A stretch of DNA of 64,000 bases. It comes from Octopus sinensis (taxonomy: Eukaryota). The DNA is taken from positions 187,364,001 through 187,428,000 of the forward strand of contig NC_042997.1 of the NCBI RefSeq assembly GCF_006345805.1. Direction: 5' to 3'. Position numbers and translations under genes: made by a program. The notes under the pieces were generated by a model, which was not told where the DNA came from, searched no databases, and worked only from the letters and a program-made list of their open reading frames with translations. How positions within the stretch are numbered: position 1 is the stretch's first letter; each line of letters opens with the position of its first letter. Below are positions 51,640 to 64,000 of the stretch, piece by piece.

Positions 51640-53010
51640 GTGTCCCTGTTTAAAAGCCAAGCCAGGCTGTGACAACCAAAAGGGCCCTCTCCAAGGAGTA
51701 GAGTACCTCAGGGAACTGTCTGGGAATGGGGTACTGCTGTTTATGGTTGCTCTTTTGGACATGCCATCGGTTACACAAACACCAGCACTTGCTAGCTATG
51801 CCAACAACACAAAAGTAGTAAAAACATTCAAAGAACCTCTTGATGCTAATCTTCTACAGAAAGACCTAGGTGCCATATATATATATAAACTGTTGTGTCT
51901 GGGAAGAGTCATTTTCGTTTGGTGCCTTATAATTTAACACACAAACCAGTAAAATTTCCACTTATGTTTACTTTCCTAAAACCTTTTCAATAGTCTTGAC
52001 TATTGAAAAGGTTGCAAGATGCAAAGAAAATTTTAGGAATATAAAAATAATAAGTGGAAATTTTACCGGTGAGTGTGTTAAATTATAAAGCACAAAACGA
52101 AAATGCCTCTCCCCAGACACAACAGAATATGCTTCAACGCACGAACTCACGTAAAGAATCTGGCAAACTAAATCCAGAAACGAAATATATATATATGTGT
52201 GTGTGTGCGTGTGTGTAAATGGGCTGAAGAATTCAACATACAATTTAATGCAGGAAAATTCCAAGCCCTCTGCTATTAGCTAGATTGTACTATCATGTCA
52301 CAACAAAGGTACTTTGGACCAAAAGGAGCGGCAATCCCTGAGTCAAGGGATTGATATGAGCAGCAATGCCTTGTTTCACATTTATATCGCCAAGATGGGG
52401 GCAGTGTGCAGGCAAATGGCCAGCTGGATTCTGAGAACTTTCAGAACAAGGAACCAGGAAACTATGCTGATTCTATACAGGATATTGGCTTCAGTTATCT
52501 GAACTGTTGCTGTCAACTGTGGTCACCCCATAGTCTAGATTTAATAGCATAACTTGAAGCAGTCCAGCAGTGCTCTACCAGGAAGATTATATCAATGGAG
52601 TAGCTGAGCTACTGGGAGTGACTGAAAGGGCTATGACTCTTCTCCCTGGAGTGAAAATGGGAGAGATATGCAATGATATACGTATGGGAGATCCTGGAGG
52701 GTTTGACACAAAACTCTGGTGTTGAGAGCTCTACTAGCCCCTGGATTAGACATCACTGCAGTGTTCCAAAATCCCTAGCCATCCCAGCTAGAGTGAGGGC
52801 TATGTACTGCAATAGCTTGAGATTTGAGGGCCCACAGCTATTTAGTACCTAGTTAAAACTTCTGAGAGTTCTACATGGAGTAGGGAGAGATGTTTTCAAT
52901 AAACAAACAGCTTGACCTCCTGCTGTCCAAGGTTCCAGATGAACCTACATCACATCGAGAAGCTCAAAAGAGGACAGTGATATAAAACTACCTCCTTCAC
53001 CTAAAGCCAG
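51640..53010 (+). pseudogene. CR1-group LINE RT and C-terminus, decayed, interrupted at ~51880-52216
   Basis: VPQGTV..LLF..SYANNTK..LQKDLGAIY | WAEEFNIQFNAGKFQAL..WILRTFRTR..QLWSP..LEAVQ..LSYWE. Confidence 0.85.
51890..52125. mobile_element. Foldback element (~75-bp arms, inner perfect 16-bp hairpin) inserted at a TA site of the CR1
   Basis: CTGTTGTGTCTGGG..TTTCCACTTAT mirrored at 52050-52125; AACCTTTTCAATAGTC/GACTATTGAAAAGGTT at 51980-52013. Confidence 0.8.
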
Positions 53011-54760
53011 TCACATTTGAATGGCCATCAAAAAAGGTGATAACACTGGCAGTGCCCCAGCATGGCCACGGTCTTTTAGCTGAAACACAAAAGAATAAAA
53101 GAATATATCCATGTACATCTGTATATGAATATATACATGTATATGCATATATCTGTAAATGTAATATGTGACAATTATTTGGTAGCCATGATAAAACTCA
53201 GTTTCAAATGCCAAGGTGGAAATCCACGCCGCCATCTCGTTAGTTATCCGGCCATCGGAAAAAAGCTATGAAATATGCATATATATATATATAGAGAGAG
53301 AGAGATGTATACTGTAAATACAATGAACAACAAAAAGGTTAACACTGGAAGTATGAATTTTGATAAATACAGCATTAGTTTAATGCTTAAATGTCAGCAG
53401 AAAGTGTCTTGACGTTTCAGACATTAGTCCTTCTTAATACAACAGAATCATAGAGAGGCAGTGAGAATGAGAAATTGTCAGTGAAAAAAGATAGTGAATG
53501 GTTGAAAATCAGTTGGGTATGCTATTTTATAGGGGAATAGAATTAATAACGGACCAAAGAGATGGGTGTTACAATGTAAGTTATGAGAATATATTTGTTT
53601 CTGGAAACAGGCCTGAGTGGGGGAGAGGTGTGTGGTGTTTGTATGTGTATAGAGGTATACAAGTGTAGAAATATACATACATATTGTCACCTATATACAT
53701 GTGTGTGTGCGTGCTTGTTTTCTGTCTGTGCATCTTTATGTATGTGTGAGTGAGCTGCAAGCAGTGACATTTTGTTCTCATTTTCCCTGGAAAAAAAATG
53801 AAAAAAAAAATCAACCACTGGTTTTGTGTGCCTTTGAAGATGTAAGTAAGGCAGTTATACAGTGGATGCTCTTTCGGTATGTAATCCTTAGCTGTTCCAC
53901 TTCTTATGGATACATTCAGGAGGAGCATCTGAATGTGCTCCAATGCCTCAATAATCTATTTTTCTAGCTCATGCTAACGTGTAAAAATGGGTGTCAAAAT
54001 GAACAAAGGAATATATATATATGTGTATATATAAATACATGTGTGTGTGTGTGTATCAATATATATCAGTCTTATGATACGTGCATGTAAGCTCCTCTTT
54101 AGCAAGAAACCTGTTTTGCTCTGGCCCCTTCTGTCATATTGTGACATCTGACATAAAACTGCCTCTTTTTTTTCACTGCTGAAGGGGATCTTCCATCTTC
54201 TAACCTGCTCGTCAACCTTACAAGTAATGGTACTGTGAAAATAAGCACCTGCTACACTACAAACTGGTTGGTGTTAAGAAGGCCATCTAGCCACAGAAAT
54301 CATGCCTAAGCACACCTTGAAGTATGATGCAAGCCTCAGATATTTCAAGAATATTTTCAAACTGTCCAGTTCATGCAAGATAAGGATCTGAATGTTAAAA
54401 GATGATTATAATTATGATGTTCATACATATGTATGCATATTTATGTTTATACATGCATGTAATTATGCACATGTATATATATAGGAAAAATTGAAAATGG
54501 AGGCAAAGGCTCTAATAATGTTGGATTTATTTTGAATGCATCCATCAAAACATATGTCGATGATATGAAGATATAAATGATTTGATAACACCTTGAGCGT
54601 TTGTCCCCATTTTCAATTTCTCTTATGTTCTCCAAAATATGTCTCATTTCTCCCCGGAATTAACTCCCACACAAGCATAATCACTGATTCCTAGGACACT
54701 TATGTGACATCTGGCTACCTTGTAATTATTCCCTAGATCTTTCCTATAAATTGAATATTC

Positions 54761-54802
<42 letters not shown>

Positions 54803-55077
54803 GTATATATATATGTACGTATATATATGTATGTATATATATATATATTTAAAAACCTAATGGTGTATATAATGTATATCTATATCACATTTGTTAATAT
54901 GTATATACATATTACACATGTACATATGTATGTGTATATACATGCATACATTTCAAGTATGCCTATATATATCCACCTATGTCTGTATGTAAGTGTTTAT
55001 ATATGTAAATATGTATATATACATATATGAATGTACATGCGTGTATGTGTATACAAAATCTATACATATTTATACAT

Positions 55078-55111
<34 letters not shown>

Positions 55112-56455
55112 CATGCATGCATATACAGTTAATGTTTGCACACTCTTACATAAGTTCATCTATGTATATATACTTGCACATATATGCATTTGTATACAAA
55201 CCTGTAAATGTATATATGTATACGTAAATATCTATGCACTCATGTGTATCCATATATATGTACATATATGCATGTATATATTGATGTATGTGTGTGTGTA
55301 TATACATATGTATGCGTGTATATGTGTGTATGTGGACGTGTACCTTCTTCACTTTTTGTCTTTTTCTTCTTTAAAATTCCTTATCTTTCTTTTTCTCTTT
55401 TTTTCCTTCACTTTTTCTGTTTTCTTTTTTTCGCCATTCTTCCTTTTTTTATCTTTTGAAATTCTCCCTTTATCAACCTTTATCTTAGCATTATGTTTAT
55501 ATAACTTAGTGTCTGATTACCTTTCTGGCCCCTATCACTGATTTCTCACTGACAATGATTTTTAAGTGCACAGATTGAATTCTGTAGTCATTTGATCCTT
55601 GTTCTTCTATTTTAAATCAATGTTTTTTGATCAGTTTTGATAATTTTGTTTCTTCATAAAATATCATTATCATCCATCATAGCACAATGAATTTACAATG
55701 TTACAAACCCTAGGGCTAAACAGTTTTTCTCTAGCATGAAATTAGCTTAGGCTTATGTTTCTTCATAATTTCTCATCTCATACTGAACTTCACACAGTAA
55801 CCACCTTGAATCCCTACTGAGACCAGTCTGAAGAATGTAGGATTTTCCTTCAGACCCACATAGGGTCTGCTTCTTACACGAAATTGTTGTGGCTTGTATA
55901 TAATTTGTTTTATACCTATTAATAAATAAATATTTTGTCAATCAATGATTGACCTGGATATTACACTGTAGTTCATAAAATGCATGTGTGAGTGCAGCAG
56001 TTTGCAGTTATTGTTAAGTTAATACAACCTCTTCAGTGGGAAGTTAGCATACCAGTTACCATAAAGGAACCACACTTCAAGCCAAGCATGTTCAAGTCTT
56101 CAGTCTTTGTAGCTGTCTAATGATTTAGACACATGTTTTTGTGCTTCTGAAACACAGGATAACGTCTGTCAAAAGTTCCAAGCACACATATATGTGTGTG
56201 TGTGTGTGTGTATTTATATACATTTATATGTATATATTTATAAAAACATCTTTATACATCTTTATACATTCATATAATGCATATATATTCATATTTGTAC
56301 ACACATACTCAATTATGCATACACCTGTATATATCATCATTATCGTCATTTAGCATCTGCTTTCCATGCTAGAATGGATTGGATGGTTTGACTGGAGCTG
56401 GTAAGCCAGAGAGCTGCACCAGGTTCCTGTCTGATTTGGCACCTATATATATTTA

Positions 56456-56827
56456 CTAGCAGTATCGCCCGGCGTTGCTCAGGTTTGTAAGGGAAATAAC
56501 TATAAAGCATTTTTAGAGAGTTATAGCCAAAAAATGGGAAAAAATGATGGTAAATTTTTTTTTAGAGTAAAAAAGGTGGAGTTGCGTCCCCTAGACAGTT
56601 TGCGGTTTGTGTTTCTGATTCTCGACCCCATGTCGAATTTATCGATTTTTTTCAGAACTGGGGGAACTTTTCAAAATTTTCGCTGCGTTAGTTTTGAATT
56701 ATGACATTGGGCTATGTGTGTGTCAAGTTTCATCAGAATCGGTTGAAAGCCGTGGTCAGGGTGAGGGTACAAGCAAACAGACACACAGAAACACGCACAG
56801 ACAAACTGCCGTTTATATATAGAGAGA
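56456..56827 (-). mobile_element. Non-autonomous Helitron
   Basis: Minus strand A|TC...CCTGAGCAACGCCGGG hairpin..CTAG|T; no TSD; CpG retained. Confidence 0.8.
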
Positions 56828-57747
56828 TATATATTATATATATATATATATATATAATACACACACATATGTATTGTAGATATTTAAATGCAATTATTAC
56901 TGATGAACAAAATCAAAGAAAATATCCTTTAATGATTTAGTTAACTCTTGAAACTAAAGGATTTTTTTAGAATGATTTGTATGACTTTCGCACAAATATA
57001 CAAATCATTGTCATCTTCATCAGTTAACGTCTGTTTTCCATGCTGGCATGGGTTGGACAGTTTCAACAAGCAGGCAAGGCAGAGGACTGTATGAAGCTTC
57101 GGTCTGTTTTGGTATGGTTTTTACAGTTGGATGTCCTTCCTAACACCAACCACTTTATGGAGTGAACTGAGTACTTTTTACATGGCACCAGCTAGTTCTG
57201 TTGCTCATATTAATCATCTAAGCAGTTCTTGTTCTTTTTATAGTTGTGGACATGTTCCATCTAATCCGTATTTGATATTTGCTTTGATTTTGTTTATCTG
57301 TTTCGATTGCTCATAAATGTCTTCCAAATAATGTGTTTTCCCAATTGTCCAAAGCTTAATGTATTGATTCATGGAGTTTTGAGCTTCCAAATCATACTTC
57401 TGACGTCATCAATGGGCACTGCACTTCCCTTTCCTATATTCTTTCTAGAACAGTAACAACTAACCACTCCTTTGTGATTCAAATACATATGCAGCAACAT
57501 TTAAAATGATTACACACTGTGTGAAGAGGTTCTATATGCACACACATACACACTTTATTTGTGGGTTAAGAAGGCAACCAATGGTTTCACATAAAGAGCT
57601 CTTCACAATTGTTCAAGTGTGCCACTTGGAAGAGTTCATTGGTTTCATAAATATCTATCTATCTATCTATATATATATATATATATATATAAAACCATAA
57701 ATTCACAAGGTATCAGAGGTGAATATATATTTATTTAACTATGTGAC

Positions 57748-57895
57748 TTCTGTAGGCTTACAGCTGTTTCGCAACTTTCTTCTTGTATTAATTTCCACAT
57801 GGAAGAAATTATGCATATATTGATATGTATGCTCAGCATTGTGCAATTGTATATTCACAAATTAATGAAAATAAAGAAAGCTAACTCATCAAATC
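57748..57895 (-). ncRNA. Hammerhead relic with very long stem II
   Basis: tTGATGA-GTTAGCTTTCT..AGAAAGTTGC-GAAA-CAGCTG-TA; C3 and stem I decayed. Confidence 0.35.
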
Positions 57896-59699
57896 ACAAG
57901 AGTGTCATGTTACACCAACAATTCATTTTATACCACTCAAATATATATATATATATATGTGTGTGAGTGTATGTGTGTGTGTCTAACTCCAGTATATATA
58001 TATATATATATATATACATATATGAATTTTATCTCAGTTACATCATCAGTACGTGTTATTTTTAAGTGCTTTAAAATAATATTTTAACGCGCGCGCGCAC
58101 GCACACACACACACATTATTTAATTAATATTGCGCTTGAATGTAAATGTGTATTTTGAGAACTGGATTTCCAGACCCATCAATGGTCCATCGATTCCTTA
58201 GAGAGTTGAGTTCCACAATACACTAAGTATTTGTTTTGTCGTCCGAAACATCGTTTCGGTGGTGTTTTAGCTTCGCTGCTGTTCTTTTTAATTTTTCTTT
58301 CCTTTTACATAATAAGCATCCCTTTTGATCCACCGTATGTGTGCATGTATGCGAGCGCTATGCACATCTGTCTATTTTCTCTGTTTCTTGATAATTTATT
58401 TATATATTCACTTATTTTCACAAGAATGAATAACTTAGTTTCCTCATTCTCGGTCAGTAAGTTCAAGTAGTCTGACACTACTTCACACTTCTGTTTCTGT
58501 CGACAAAATTAGTATTAGTAACATACTGGGGAAGTGGATAGAAAATGCCAACAATTAACATAATTGCTTGGAAAAAATATATATTTTCCGTATTTTGATT
58601 TTAAAAAATTATTTGAAAATTCCAGTTTTAATTACTGCCATTGCCGCCAACTTATTCTGAAATGGTTTTGTGTTTTATATATTAAATTGTTTACATCATT
58701 AAAACACCTTATCTGTAGAGAGAAGATAGGAACATCGTTAGACATGAAATGCACGACTTAACATTCATTCTCACTGTATCTATTATTATTATTAACTCAG
58801 AAAGTTTCGTACCTAATTAAGTATTATGAACGTTAGCTGATTATATCCAAATATGCGTCATACTAGAAATGATTGATCACCAGTGTTTAATAACTATCAT
58901 CAATTCCAGTCTGACGCAACGAGATGGCAGTTATGGTAGCGCAAATATCCAATATTGATTTTATCAAACCCGAGTTCCAACCCTGTTACAATCAGCTTTG
59001 TCATTTTGGGGCCAATAAAATCAGTACCGCTCATATATCACAATATATTCAGTCCTCTATCATTACACTTTTCTTTCTAAACGTGGTCGATTATGCGCTT
59101 GGTAAGCAAAAGTGGTTTCAACCCCATCAATGAACTGAGTTTTTTTCCTCTCTTTTCCGTCTCAAATTTATTGTTATATTTAATATCGCTTCTTGTTGAA
59201 AATCTAATTATTTAATTTATTCATCATCATCATCATTGTTGTTGTAGAGTAGCAGAAGCCGCAAATTGTTAGACATAACTGGTGACATTTAGCTTCATTT
59301 CTATGCGTTCTGAGTTCATGTCTGTCGGGATTGACCATGTTGCCCTTCCTGGAATCGATACCATAAAGTACCAGCTGTATAATGAGCCCAATTCCATTGA
59401 TTGTTCCCTTCCCACAATTTGACAGCAGAGTGATGTGTTTTCCTTGTAGAATAGTGTCGTTCTACTATATTCTGGCTTTGTTTCACATCCCTCAGGTCAT
59501 GTACTAGGGAAGAATTCATTCAACAGTACACTTCAGTTACATATTTGAAACTTTTTAGCTTGTAAGATTATTCCATAACGTCAGGTAGGTTATACCGTTA
59601 AGCCAACTCCACATCTCATTTGAAATTTATTTCACTCCGCTCATGTCCTAAAAGCAATTGATACGAGTTCATTACTCGTTGAAACACGTTATTCTAGAG

Positions 59700-59901
59700 C
59701 AGTGGTTTTCAACCAGGGTTCCGCCAGTACAGTCCAGGGGTTCCGCAAGAAGTTACAAAACTGCTAAAATCGGCAGTAATTTTTAATTCTCCTGTGCAGA
59801 TATTTGTGCATAAGACTATTAAATTATTGCACAGGGGTTCCTCGAGCCAGTGGAATGTTTCCTTGGGGTTCCGCTCCATCAAAAATGTTTGAAAAGCACT
59901 G
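59700..59901. mobile_element. hAT (Charlie-like) MITE with 8-bp TSD TTCTAGAG
   Basis: CAGTGGTTTTCAA..TTGAAAAGCACTG termini; TSD at 59692-59699 and 59902-59909. Confidence 0.9.
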
Positions 59902-61422
59902 TTCTAGAGCCATCCTATCCGCATTGAGCTACAGACAGAACCAGGCTTAGACATTCGAAAGTATTATAGTTTCGAGTCCTTATCATTTAATGATCATCAT
60001 CTTGATATAAAGTGTATAACGGCCTTAGTATATATCATGTATTTGTACAGCTCTATGCATCCTGTTAAATTCTCATGAATGAATGAATACCGGTGGCAAA
60101 TAATTAGTGGGTTATTATTATTTTGCATATTATCCCTTCTGGGTCGGTAAAATTGTCAATTTAGTACTTTGGCTGATGGTATCGACTCTGAAGAATGCCG
60201 GCTTTGTGTTTTAAGGTAAAAAGTCAAAGCGGGTAATGGATTGAAGGAATCGCCAGAGCTTCAAGAGAAATGCTTTGCGGTGTTTGCTCCGGCTCTTTAC
60301 ATTCCGAGGTCATCTTTCCCTTTTAAAAATTCCCAGTGAGAAACACGGTACAAGTAAGCCAATTGAATTAATTGTACATGTTCTCTATAAATCCTTGCGC
60401 CATCATTAGTAACTATTATTATTAATATATTTCAAAAGGTAGTGGATTGCGAAACCTACATGGCGGCGGCTTAAAGTCCTTGCGGTATTATGCTCTGGGT
60501 GAAATCAAATATCACCAAGGTAAACTTTGCCGTTCATAAATTCTGGTGTCGAAAAAATGAAGCACCAATCAAGATCTGGAATCGATTGATAGATTCTATC
60601 CCTTCTTTCTCAAGAAATATGTGCATACCATTGCGCTTGTGATTTTTTTACTCAGTTCAGATATCGCACGGGTCGATTTTGCCTTTCATCTATTCAGGTT
60701 CTGTTAAATTTTAGCTGTTCTGCTTAAACGAGAAATAATTGTTACTATTCAGCGCGATCGTATCACCAAAAACTAAGCCTTTGTATTCTCTTGTAACACT
60801 TTTCAGACGAGTAGTTTCTGTAGTAAGTATGGCCTATGGTGTACTAGAATAGAGAGGAAATGAGTTGTCAAATCTTGACAAATCGACCGTAGAGTGACGT
60901 AAATGCTTGTAATATGCAAGTTCAGTAAACCGTTCCCTTTATAAAAGAAAAATGCTCTTCCTTTTCATGGAAGTAAAGTTACAAAGGCAATTTTTATCTA
61001 CCTTTTAGCTAAAATTTCCAAGGCACTTATTTTAATCTACCTTCATTCCCAATGTAATAAACCTGATGCATTTTGTCACATTGGGAATTGTGTTGTGTTG
61101 ATTGAAATGAGTTTTCAGGTTTGCCAAGTTAGCATCTTTGTTTCGGGTTTCCAATTCCCATTGTAGTAGGTCCTTCCGAAAGGCGTGAAGGCTTCGTTTT
61201 CACTTGTAAAATTGTAGCCCCGTGCATTAGAGATATAAATTGCCCCTCCCAAAATACAAAAATATCATACACCGCCTCCTAAGATACCAAAGCTTTGAAA
61301 CTATGGAGGAAACGGCTGTTAGTTTCTATTACTCGAAATGGCCGTGGTGTAACGTAATTGTTAGAGTGACTAGCAGTATTTAGTTACGTTACGTTCGCGT
61401 GTATATATATATACACACACAC

Positions 61423-61560
61423 ACCAACCTCAGAAGAATTTATGTTGAAGTCAACTGCGGTATGATCTGAACTCACATAATATACATATATATATATTAT
61501 TTGTCTGAGAGTTCAGATCACACCGCAGTTGACTTCAACATAAATTCTTCTGAGGTTGGT
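61423..61560. repeat. Near-perfect inverted repeat, 52-bp arms, TA-rich loop
   Basis: Arms 61423-61474 and 61509-61560 differ at one position. Confidence 0.9.
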
Positions 61561-64000
61561 AAAATAAAAAAAAAATATCAGTCATGTCCTGAATTCATTA
61601 AATTTGTAGGCTTGACACCGATGTTAAAAATGAATGTTCTGTCTGTCACAGCGGCTGTTTTGTTATTTAAGAAAGGTGTGTCGACTGCTTTCCTATTCCC
61701 CTCCCTCAAACATCTTATACTTCAAAGCATGAGCGAGGTGAATAAGACTTGATGTTTATGACAACTGATTTTGTGTTTGAAGGTTCAAATCCCACCTAGA
61801 TTTTAATGTTTGCCTTATGATTATCGTTTCAGGCTGTTATTTATAAGAAGGTTTGTAAAGTAGAAATTGTTAGTTCTGTATCTTTTTATTCTAATCTCAG
61901 TTTAAGTTAGGATTAACATTACGTTTTATTCCTCCAAACTAGTTACCTGCAATATTGTAAATTTCGTTTGTAAGGAACCAGTGGTTTATAACTTGGGCTG
62001 TAACGACCCCTTCGGGTCGCTGTGAACTCAGAAAGAGGCGACATATGTCATCGAGTACTGTTAGTTCGCTGAGTATTTGCTTAGAAATAAAGTATTTAAG
62101 CCAGGTGCAATGCTTATATTCTGAATACCTTAATAACAATCTTTGTTGGGATTAGAAAATGAGTTGGATAAATGGATTATGAATGAGTAAAAAAAAATTG
62201 ATGTTGTGGCAAAACCCAAATAATTTCACGACAAGGTCCTCGCCTTTAGTAATTTTCATAGAAGTTTTTAACATGGGGACACCAGTCTTGCAACACCCAA
62301 CGGAAGTCCATATAAGATTTTGTTAAAGTTTGTGCAATAAACTGGTTATACTTTTACAATACATAAAATATTTTAATATTTTAAAATACAATTCCTAATA
62401 TTTAATTCGGAAAAAGTATTTTTTTAAACATCGAATGGCTGTGAAGGTCCACTCGAGTATTTGAAAAAAAATGGTTGAGAATCATTCATCTAAACGGAGT
62501 CATAAACTCGATGAGATATACTATAAAGAAATATGAATAAGAAACCACCGCGCAAATATTTAACTTGAATATGCTTAAAATAATCGACTGTGTGCGTGTG
62601 TGCGGTTTTTCTTCTTCCAAAACTGAGGCGGGTGTGCATTCGTGAAACATTATCAGGTGAAAGGGGGATGCTGAGTAATAAAAGGTTGAAAAGGAACTAG
62701 TGTGGGCTTGTACCTCAAGGTATTTGCGGTGGTTTTTCGGTATTCATTATAGAATGGATAAATTTAAGGCTAACCCCCATATTATAACTTGGTTTTGATT
62801 TTCGGTTGGAACTATTTCATTTGAGAAAATTCATTAAAAAAAAAAAAGGTGGGGGACGGGGGTTGTTAAGGCACGAACAGTAAGTACTTTACATACTATA
62901 AATTCGCGATGATATGTCAGTGGTTGGTCAAAAGAAAATATTGACAAAATACTGACAAATGATGTCAAATAGGGAGTAAGCTCTTGCCAATGCTAAGACG
63001 AGGTGTTCTGACTTGATTACGTAAACATTCATTAACTGTCGACCTCGCTGTGTTTTATTCAGATATGGTTAGTGATTTTTGGGAAGTTGTAATCGTGAAT
63101 ATCTCACACTTATTTACCGTCCACTAAAGCAGGTTTTTATGGCTATGTAGGCGGGTGCTTGCCGACTGGGTTTTAGGTACTAGATAAATTTTATGACACC
63201 TACTCATCTTTTCTATAAAACATGAAAAATTTCAAGATAGAAGCTAAATGAAATCCAGCTGTTAAAGGTGACTAGAGTCAGTACCATTAAAACTTCAAAA
63301 AAAGAAAATGCTAATAGAGAAAGATGAAGAAACCTATAGTTTTTAATTTTATTCCGTTCGAAATTTTTTACTTATTGCCTGAAGTTCATCTATTTCATTC
63401 TGTTTTACTAGAATCAAAAGTGGAAAATTATTCAGGAAATCGCGTGTGTGCTGGGAGTTTATGCACAACCAAGTCTGCTGTTTTTGTCCATTTTTCATAA
63501 CTCCACAATTTTTAACAGGGTTAGGGTATATACAAGTCAAAAACACATTAGAGGCTTTGCCTAATTGAAAAATAAAAATCAATTTACTCTATCACAGTTG
63601 CGTGAAATATTTATATTTTCGTTTTAAGGAAACGGTGTATAGAAGCAGCATGAGTTCCTTTCGAAGGTAATACAGTATATATTTTTACAAGTAGCCGTTA
63701 ACAGAAAATTATTAGTTTTATTCATTTTACGGAACTGCCGAACGAGGGATTTAAGATATGACAAAGATGAAATAAAAGTCACTTGATAGCGATTAATATT
63801 ATAGAGGTATTAATTAATTTGTTGAAAGGTAATAAGAGATAGATATGTTTAGATAGACAGATAGATAGAAATAGAGAATGGGACCAGTAAAATAGAGAAA
63901 TGTTTATTCTCATTCGTGTAAGTAACAAATGCTGGAAATAATTTTTAGAAATGATCTTTAATTTCTGTTGATAATTATATGAACCGACATAAGTCGGTGA

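Noticed and set aside
61040-61200. Protein-like minus-strand stretch (LHAFRKDLLQW..) and a small hairpin
   Set aside because: Faint hAT-transposase resemblance only; under 60 codons and not verifiable by eye.
62250-62700. hAT MITE relics
   Set aside because: Only one terminus is recognisable in each case and there are no TSDs.
63349-63560. Minus-strand terminal exon after an acceptor-like TTTTCAATTAG
   Set aside because: Peptide not recognised and no partner exon; such sites are common by chance in AT-rich DNA.

Overview
AT-rich, repeat-saturated animal genomic DNA. The SINE families and microsatellite load resemble Octopus (recognised from memory, not from a search). No host protein-coding gene can be supported. 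Nearly all ORFs in the track are artefacts of (TA/CA/TG)n tracts or SINEs. The window holds about 20 copies of a tRNA-headed SINE with an internal microsatellite (family A), two further tRNA-SINE families (C, D), and many RTE-type 3' tails ending in (GAT)n (family B). It also holds decayed LINE pieces (RTE, Tx1/L1, CR1, I/Jockey group), a Tc1 5' end, a hAT MITE with an 8-bp TSD, a TA-targeting MITE, a non-autonomous Helitron, several foldback elements and a 100-N gap. Two patterns stand out. (1) About a dozen Penelope-type minimal type I hammerhead ribozyme motifs of several sequence families, many on short non-coding modules next to (TA)n tracts. One has a fully canonical core (35570-35653, minus), several carry recurrent core variants, and many look inactivated by CpG decay. 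(2) Four local duplications (two inverted, two direct), each copying a SINE 5' head plus its upstream flank to a site 0.7-2 kb away. Coordinates were counted by eye; boundaries of decayed elements are approximate.
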